NCBI GenBank assembly: GCA_012295275.1
Contig: CM022676.1
Coordinates: forward strand, 18,849,517 to 18,913,516
Length of the DNA stretch: 64,000 bases
Direction of reading: 5' to 3'
Source: Chrysomallon squamiferum
Taxonomy: Eukaryota; Animalia; Mollusca
The position numbers were made by a program, and so were the translations under genes. Shown piece by piece: positions 50,006 to 64,000 of this stretch (position 1 is the stretch's first letter; each line of letters starts with the position of its first letter). The notes under the pieces were generated by a model that was not told the origin of the DNA, ran no database searches, and worked only from the letters and a program-made list of their open reading frames with translations.

Positions 50006-51726
50006 TACTTACTTACTTACTTACTTATTTTCAGATGCTATTTCGTTAAAGAAAAGTGTATAGTTACTGATTTAAAAATACTATACCTGGGACCTTGTTT
50101 AAACATTACAACAGCAGAGACAACGACATCAGCATCAACAACGATAATGACAACTGCTACTATGGCGACCTCGGATATTTTGGACGAATGGCAAATTCTG
50201 AAGCAGGTTTTTTGCTCTAGCAGCGCCACCTTGGTCTGTGACGACTCACCTAACACAATTTGCGGATCTGATAAAGAAATTTATTTTAACAGGTAAAATT
50301 AATTCTGTCTGGATGTTTGTACGTGTGTCGGTCTCTGCTTTAGTCATGCTATGAGTTGATGATGTTTTAATATGCTGAGACTACTTCTGTCTATCTATGC
50401 ATCCATCCATTTATCTGTCTTTCTATCGATCTGTCAGGCAGAGAGACAGACAGACACAGAGAGACAGACAGAGACAGAGAGAGACACAGAGTGAGAAACA
50501 GAGAGAGTGACTGAGACAAAGACAGAGAAACAGAGAGAAAGTGACTGAGAGAGAGACAGATAGAGAGTGACTGAGAAAGAGAGACAGATAGATACAGAGA
50601 GAGAGTGACAGAGAGAGACAGATAGAGACAGAGAGAGAGAAACACAGAGAGACAGAGAGTGACTGAGAGAGACTGAGAGAGACACACAGACAGAGACAGA
50701 GAGAGACAGTGACTGATAGAGCGACAGAGAGACAGACAGAGAGAGAGTGACTCAGAGAAAGTGACAGAGACAGACAGATAGAGACAGAGATATAGAGTGA
50801 CTGAGAGACAGAGAGAGACAGACAGAGAGTGACTGAGAGAGACTGGGAGAGAGTGACTGAGAGAGACAGGGAGAGATAGTGACTGAGGGAGACAGAGAGC
50901 GTGACTGAGAAAGAGACAGAGACAGAGATACAGAGAGTGACTGAGAGAGACACAGAGAGACACAGAGACAGAGAGTAACCGAGAGAGAGATAGAGCGATA
51001 TATAGAGAGAGAGTGACTGAGAGATAGACAGAGAGTGTGACTGAGATAGACAGAGAGAGTGACAGATAGAGACAGAGAGAGACAGAGAGAGTGACTGAGA
51101 GAGAGACAGAGAGACAGAGAGACAGAGAGAGAGTTACTGAGAGAGACAGAGTGACTGAGAGAGACAGAGAGATATACAGAAAGAGACAGAGAGAGTGTGT
51201 CTGAGAGAGACACAGAGAGAGAGTGACTGAGAGACAGAATGACGGAGAGAGAGACAGAGAGACAAAGACAGAGAGTTACTGAGAGAGTCAGAGAGAGACA
51301 GAGAGAGATAGAGACAGAGAGAGAGTGATTGAGAGAGACAGAGAGACAGAGGCAGAGTGAGAGTGTCAGAGAGAGACAGAGAGACAAAGGGAGTGAGTGA
51401 GAGAGACAGAGATAGAGAGACAGAGTGAGAGACAGAGAGCCAGAGAGATAGAGACAGAGAGAGAATGACTGAGAGAGAGGCACTGAGAGAGAGAGTGACT
51501 GAAAGACAGAAAGAGACAGAGAGTGACTGAGAGAGAGACAGCGAGAGACAGAGGGACAGAGAGAGACTGAGAGAGAGGGTGACTGCGAGAGATAGATAGA
51601 GAGAGAGATAGAGAGCCAGAGAGAGAGACACAGAGAGAGACAGACAGAGAGTGACCGAGAGAGATAGAGAGAGAGAGATAGAGAGCCAGAGAGAGAGACA
51701 GAGAGAGACAGAGACAGAGAGTGACT

Positions 51727-51820
<94 letters not shown>

Positions 51821-52284
51821 CGTCGTTAATCTCACACAGCCAGGCCACATTAAAACTTCCATCTTCAATTCCAATCTGCGCTGACATCATGTAGAGAGAT
51901 CACTTTAAGTATCTCGTCCATTCAGAAATATACGCATTCATTCATACATTCATTTGTTCGTTCCTCCGCTCATTCAATGAGTTGTTAGTGTAGTCCTCAT
52001 TCGTTCGTTTGTTAGTGTATCCCTCATTCGTTCATTTGTTAGTGTATCCATCATTCGTTCATTTGTTAGTGTATTCCTCATTCGTTCGTTTGTTAGTGTA
52101 TCCCTCGTTCGTTCATTCATCTTCCAGCTGTGACTGGTTTAAGTTTGCTTTCAGCTGTTTTTTCGCGAAGGCGAAGTGTTTGGACGACTCGCTCAGCGTG
52201 CTGCCTCTCGACCAGTGCACGAGCATCATCGGACGTCGCCGGAAACGAAACGCGCCAACGAAACAGTGGGCAGCAAATCCGTGA
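48972..52284 (+). CDS. secreted two-domain Kazal-type serine protease inhibitor-like protein with Thr-rich linker, about 185 aa
   Basis: Exons 48972-49008, 49418-49550, 50035-50292, 52155-52284 (558 nt in frame). Kazal signatures LCGSDNNTYTNQCYFVKEKC..LYLGPC and ICGSDKEIYFNSCFFAKAKC..LPLDQC; hydrophobic N-terminus MDVVFFVVFAFAAV. Confidence 0.8.
50435..51820. repeat. complex (GA)n/GACA/GTGACT low-complexity tract (Kazal gene intron)
   Basis: About 1.4 kb of purine-rich compound microsatellite. Confidence 0.9.
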
Positions 52285-53207
52285 AGTGCGCATGCGCCAA
52301 GAAACACGTACCGGGTGTGTATATGGAACAGAATCTCAGGCATGAACTGACTGTAACGGAATTAGACTTCTTTTTTGTGTTTCTGTTTGCTTGATTTGTG
52401 TTTTCTACGCCGGTCGCTCCGATGTACAATGAGACAGACGGACAGACACATTCTAAGTACACATTTTAAATACACATTTATGTACAGCACACAACACATA
52501 TACACACATAGACACATATGGTAATAGAAAAAACAAGACAAAAACAGAATTGTATGGAAAATAATACATTTGCTTCGCATGGGACACACACAAACATTTA
52601 CATGAACTGGTTAGTGTGTTTGTCAAAGAACTATTTTAAGTGTTATAATTAGTACAATGTAATCTGGTCCCATTTTTTCTTTTATACAACACATATGGTA
52701 ACAACGTGTATGTGCGTGTGCGTGTGTTTGTGCATTTAGTGTAATTAGTGTATATACTTTTCGTGTTATATATAAATGCAGTATACAGTGTTGTGTATTT
52801 TAACACAGTCTATGATATTTCAAAATCGCTCTCTGCCAGTACTGAACTGACAAAGCACTGTTACTAGTGTGTGTTCGCACTTTCTCTATATTTAGAAAAA
52901 AAGTTAATATATTGCCATGTTTTAATAAAACATTTGTTTAATTATTATTAACTTCTATTATTTATTTGTTTTATCTTATTTTATTTTATGTTGTTTTACT
53001 TTATTTACTTACTTAATCGCATACTTTGTTGCTTACTGATTATTTATTGCGTGCCCTGTTTTTGTTTCTCTAGTATCTTACTATTATAATATTATTATTA
53101 TGTGAAACACATTGTAATTATCATCATCTCTCAAGCATGGATATACATTTATTATCATAGAATCAAAACAAATTTTATTACATCACCTGACGGAAACGCA
53201 CGAAGGG

Positions 53208-58242
<5,035 letters not shown>

Positions 58243-58652
58243 TTCTGACTGGAACCGAACCAGCAGACTGGAAAGTGTCAGAGAACGTGCGTGGCGCATA
58301 TAAATGTTATCTTAGACGTTAAATATTTAAAACAAAACTTTTTTTACTGTTATTATCACCACATATGTTCGTCTTCACGTTTATTTTTATTTTTTGTTTG
58401 TTCATTATCTGAATAAAAATTTAAAAAGATAAAAAAAACAAAAAAAAATAAAATAAAATAAAGATTATGACGATGACGATGATGATAGTAATAATAATGA
58501 TAATACTAACAATAAATAATATATATATATATAATACGTACATACAGGTTATATATATACGTACATACATTCACACACATACATACATTCATATTGTTGT
58601 TGAAAAGAACAAAATAAAACGGATGGAAAAGGGTAGAGACAGATATTAATCA

Positions 58653-58761
<109 letters not shown>

Positions 58762-59657
58762 CTGTTTGTCTGTGTTTCTCTGTCTCTTTCTTTATTTCTA
58801 TCTCATTTTTTACATGTTAAAAGTTTTTTTTTGTATTTATTAACGAAATCAATAATAATAAATAAATACGAATTAATAAGTGTGCCTGTATATTTATGTA
58901 TAAATATGTCAGTATTTGTACGCGAGTATGGATGATTATATTCTGTTAATATTTATCTGCATTTGTTTATTTTATTGTTGTTTTTTGGCTTATATTTATT
59001 TATTTATTTATTAATTTGTTTCTTGTTTGTTTCTTTATTGATTTTAACAATACAAAAATAAATTATTGAAATTAATAACTTCAAAAAATAACAACTTGAT
59101 TCTATTACTTTAAAAAAAAAAATGTAATGGGATGGACTTACCTTTTCTTCTTTCTTTCTTTCTTCCATATATTTTTTTTATTCGTATTTTTCTTTTTTTA
59201 GAGACAATTTTCCTAACAGCTGATGTAATATTCTGATAAACATGTTCCGGGTTTTTCTGTTATCAAAGATTTTCTTACAGGTAAACAGCAAATGTCGTGT
59301 CAACAGATATCTGAAAACACGTGACGTGTGCATGAAAATCCCACAGTAAATTGCCCACCATCTTCTCATGTCTCTGTACTTAACTACCCGTGTATATGTG
59401 CGTGTGCGTGTGCGTGTCTGTTAGCGCATCCAGGGTTTGCTAGGGAATACGGGAAGATGTGTTATGTGAACCCAGACTGCTTAGACAAGAGAGAGATAGT
59501 ATAAATACTGTTAAAACATGAACATCAACATGAACTAATTAGTTATGAACGAAAACTTTACTGAATGAAATGTCGATATTTTCGCGTCTTAAGTTACTAC
59601 AACGCTAACTTGTTTCTGATGATGATGATGATGATGATTATTATTATTATTATTATT

Positions 59658-59700
<43 letters not shown>

Positions 59701-60444
59701 TCTATTATAATAAAGGCTTACCTTAAAAATTTTGACCGCTTTTACTAAACTGAGCAATATTTGCCACATCACTGAACGAACTTGTAGCTATATATGACGT
59801 CAAACTATTATTGGTGACGTTTTGTTTACACTGGTATAAAGAATATAATGTCGAATTGTTAATTTACAGCAGCTAACATGGCGTTATTTCTGATTTTCTC
59901 CGAAAGCGCGTAAGAGTTTTAAGAAGCCAAAACGCACACGCACGCACACATACACAGCAATACACAAGCAACAAATTTCATTGTGTCTTAAATTAAAACA
60001 ATGTTGTTTTATTTCTATGAATCTCTATTGTTTAAGGAGGAATTCAAGGAAAAAGAAATCGGAATGGCGTACTGGAAACAAAAGAGGTGAGTTTTTAAAT
60101 CAGTAATGATTATATTGACGACATACAAAGAGTCACACATGTTCTTTGTTGTTTACTGTTATTATTTTTATTTGTCTTGAACGAAAGAACTATCATTATA
60201 TTAGATGTAAATTCATCATAGCAGTAATTTTAATTTTTCATCCCCAAAACCCCTATTATCGCTAACAAAATTTAACATAAAACTAAAATGTAATCATTTT
60301 GTTAAGAAATATAGTCTGTTTAACAAACTGACTCAGAATGGTGACGAAATTTTAGCGTAATATGTTAAATAAACAATGTTTATTTATTTATTTATTTATT
60401 TATTTATTTTTGTTTAATAATTTATTTTATTATTACTTTTAGGC

Positions 60445-60565
60445 ATGGCTTCATCAGTCATTTTTAAAATTGTTTTTCTCATAGTTTTTCTCTCTAATGT
60501 TTTTGTTCAAGGTGAGTTTAATATAAAACTTAAAATTTAATTATTAGTTTTATACTCAGTATTTT

Positions 60566-60606
<41 letters not shown>

Positions 60607-63600
60607 AACTTTATTTACTACTTTCTTTATTTTCATTACCTTATTTATTTTATGTATTTTATTTCATTAATTCTTTAATTGTTTCCATCTGACAGCTCCT
60701 ATGGATCTTTCAGGGTCAATGACCCGAGCTGTACTAAACCAGCCTTTGACCTTCACCTGCATTGTTACAAAAGCCTTGGATCAAGTCTACACTCTGTACT
60801 TCTTGTGGAAGACGGAGACAGGACTCGATCTCTTAGCCTCTGTAGAACAGAAGGTTGCCACATGCTCCGTGTACAACACCTCCCCCCCAGGATACATGGT
60901 GTACTGCGGAACAGGAACGTGGAACGTTTCGTCTGATATGAAAATGTACGTGTTGAAGATTGATAGACTGAGTGCACGCGACTTTACAGACTGGCAGTGC
61001 ATGCTGGAAGTGTCAGATACTTTCAAAAACATCATCACTCTGCATCTGAAACGTAAGTAAATTTATCTCATATCACTGGTGTAGTTTGAATTATTGTATA
61101 TCTCTAAACCTGTAATATATGCATGTACATCACTGATCAGAACCCAGGTACAAATCTTTTATTCAGCATGCTTCAAATTATTTTATCACTCTATGCCTAC
61201 AACATAAGTACATTTGTCACATGAGAATAATTTGAAATATTTATTCACTCGACACATACACCATAAAGACATGTATTGCATTAGTTGATCTTAGAGTCAA
61301 ATCTTCAGACAAGTATAGATTTAATTAGTTTTTTTGATTCTATATCTGCAATGTAAACTATTTTGTTTTCTCATTGCTTGGTTCCCAGAATCAAGTGTTC
61401 TACCCAGTATGGTTTGAATTATTTTATATCTTTACACATACAATATAATAAATTTAACTCATTGCAGAGTATCAAATCATCTCGCATGTATATATTGAAT
61501 TATTTTATCACTTTACACATGTGTACATTGAATTATAATATTGCTTTGCACATACAACATAAAGAAATTGAACTCATTGTTTGAGTCCAAGGTTCAGACC
61601 TTCACATCATTATATTTGAATTATTTTATCACTTTACACATGTGTACATTGAATTATAATATTGCTTTGCACATACAACATAAAGAAATTGAATTCATTG
61701 TTTGAGTCCAAGGTTCAGACCTTCACATCATTATGTTTCAATTATTTTATTGCTTTACCCTTAAGCAGTTATCTGTTCTTCCTTATAAATCAAATATCCT
61801 TACTTGAATGTTTTGAGTTATCTTCATCAGTTTGCATTAACTAATCTTCTACCAGTCCTCAAGAATAGCAGAAACTTGATCAAACCTTCACATCAGAATA
61901 CTTTGAGTTATTTAATCAGTCTATAGCTACAACACAAAGGAATGTTTCTCACTGGTCAAGTCTCAGTAGAGTTTGAATTCATTTATCACTTTACATCTGC
62001 ACAGAAGTAAACTTTTCCCATTACTTATAACCCAGGATCAAATCTCCCACCAGTATACTTTGAATTTGTTATTGCTTTGTTTTAAGTAATTATGTATTGT
62101 CTCTGATAAATTATGTCTTGTCTCGTATGTTTTGGGTTATTTCAATCAGTTTGCATTAACTAATCTTAGTTCTCAAGAATAACAGAATGCTTGTTCAAAT
62201 CTTCACATCAAAATACTTTGAATTATGAAACCTTCATCCTTGCATCCTTTGAGACACAATATTACAGTGTTTTATTATTATTACTGAAATGGTACTAGTA
62301 TGTGAAAACAATATTACATATCTCACTTACACTAACTGATCTGAGTTACAATGCTTTGCTTTCAGTGTCATTGTTTTCCAAACACAAGTTACAGAGCCAA
62401 ACTCACAACATTTCTAATTTCTGGAGAAAATCATATTAGTTTTTGGGAAACAAAATCAACTTTATGTCATTATACTAACCCAATGATTTGTAATGTTTTC
62501 CAAGGAAGACAATTATAAATAAGAAACTGAAAAAATAATCTTTGTTTATTGTGGGTTTCCCATTTCTACCTTGTCCCAATTCTACACAAATTCAACTAAG
62601 CTTATATATTTGAGTAAACATCTTGTACAGTTACACACTTTCAAATAAACTTTAACATAAACATATATATATATATACCCTTATATACTTTTATCTGTGA
62701 CTTTAACAAGACATAAATCCAGTTGTTTATTAGTAAAATACCTTAAATAGTTACCTAATTTCAAGAAGAATTTAATATATTTTATATATTGATATAATTT
62801 CACATTCAACTTTAAGAAAACATAAACACCTTGTTTATAAGTAAATAGAGAGTTATATTATTTGAAGTAAACTGATAGCAAATACTCAAGTAAGTAAATG
62901 TATTTTCTCAAACAATTAGTTTAACTAAATATATAACTTTAACTAGACATAAGGACATTGTTTATAAGTAAATACAGAGTTATTTCAAGTAAACAAATAC
63001 TCAGGTAAGTAAATGTATTTTCTCATACACTTAGTTTAACTAAATATTTCACATATAACTTTAACAAGACATAAACACATTGTTCATAAGTAAATACAGA
63101 GTTATTTCAAGTAAACAAACACTCAGTTAAGTAAATGTATTTTCTCACTCACTTTGTTTAACTAAATATTTCACATATAACTTTTACTAGATATAAACTG
63201 ATTGTTTATAAGTAAATACAGAGTTATTTCAAGTAAACAAACACTCAGGTAAGTAAATGTATTTTCTCTCACACTTAGTTTAACTAAATACATAACTTTA
63301 ACAAGACATAAACTGATTGTTTATAAGTAAATACAGAGTATTTTCAAGTAAACAAACACTCAGGTAAGTAAATACAGAGTTATGTCAAGTAACAAACACT
63401 CAGGTAAGTAAATACAGAGTTATGTCAAGTAACAAACACTCAGGTAAGTAAATGTATTTTCTCACACACTTAGTTTAACTAAATATTTCACATATAACTT
63501 TAACAAGACATAAACACATTGTTTATAAGTAAATACAGAGTTATTTGAAGTTCAAGTAAACAAACACTCAGGTAAGTAAATGTGAAGTTCAAATATTTCA

Positions 63601-63958
63601 GGTTCTGCCGTCACGTTGCTGGGTTCGTCTCCAGTCGCAGTCAGACGCAAGCCGTTCACGCTGACGTGCATGATGTCGCTGGCTGCCTACGTCCGTACGA
63701 GAGTCTACTTCGTGTACAGGACGGACACTGGTGTGAGTGTGTTGACCTCTCTGTACCAGAACGTCACTGACTGTGTCGTGTTGGTCCGGCCGCCTGACGG
63801 CTACACGGCAGCCTGTGGGGGAGGTACAGACAGAGGGGGATCAGAGACAAAGCTGTACACACTTACAATCCACTCTGTCACTGACACGGATGGTAGAGAG
63901 TGGATGTGTAAGATGGAAGGAAATCCAAGCAGTAACGTCCTTGACCTTTTAGTGATGC
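60445..63958 (+). CDS. secreted or cell-surface immunoglobulin-superfamily protein, 5' part (signal peptide + 2 Ig domains; continues beyond the window)
   Basis: Exons 60445-60511 (MASSVIFKIVFLIVFLSNVFVQ), 60696-61052 and 63602-63958 (both 357 nt, phase 1-1): LTFTC..W..C..C..LKIDRLSARDFTDWQC and FTLTC..C..C..LTIHSVTDTDGREWMC. Confidence 0.8.
62650..63580. repeat. about 120-bp (with about 40-bp sub-unit) degenerate tandem repeat in the Ig-gene intron
   Basis: Recurrent TTGTTTATAAGTAAATACAGAGTTATTTCAAGTAAACAAACACTCAGGTAAGTAAATGTATTTTCTC. Confidence 0.85.
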
Positions 63959-64000
63959 GTAAGTGTTTTTCTTGTGTAGCAGATGGGAGGTCTGGTGATT

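Noticed and set aside
60036-60087. Upstream exon with ATG as the Ig gene start
   Set aside because: Spliced to 60443 it reads out of frame and stops within a few codons; treated as 5' UTR with a uORF.

Overview
Eukaryotic, intron-rich, AT-rich and microsatellite-dense animal genomic DNA. Gene content and repeat style suggest a mollusc such as a gastropod, but that is inference. Most of the supplied ORF track is microsatellite noise. By following GT-AG junctions and reading-frame phase by hand I reconstructed eight multi-exon genes. (1) A minus-strand pogo/Tigger-derived gene with two tandem transposase modules and one internal 1-nt frameshift. (2) A divergent Myb/SANT-like (trihelix/MSANTD-type) gene. 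(3-5) Three tandem paralogous genes for secreted His-rich precursors built from 15 C-C-CC-C-C (knottin-like) modules, with KR cleavage sites and 12-15-nt micro-exons. (6) A secreted two-Kazal protein. (7) A minus-strand secreted protein with a lysozyme-like N-terminus, a vWA domain and three chitin-binding-like modules. (8) The 5' part of a multi-Ig-domain gene. The best candidate for an undescribed system is the micro-exon-built double-knottin polyprotein cluster at 26-48 kb, which is almost invisible in the ORF track. All gene models are manual and unverified by transcript data.
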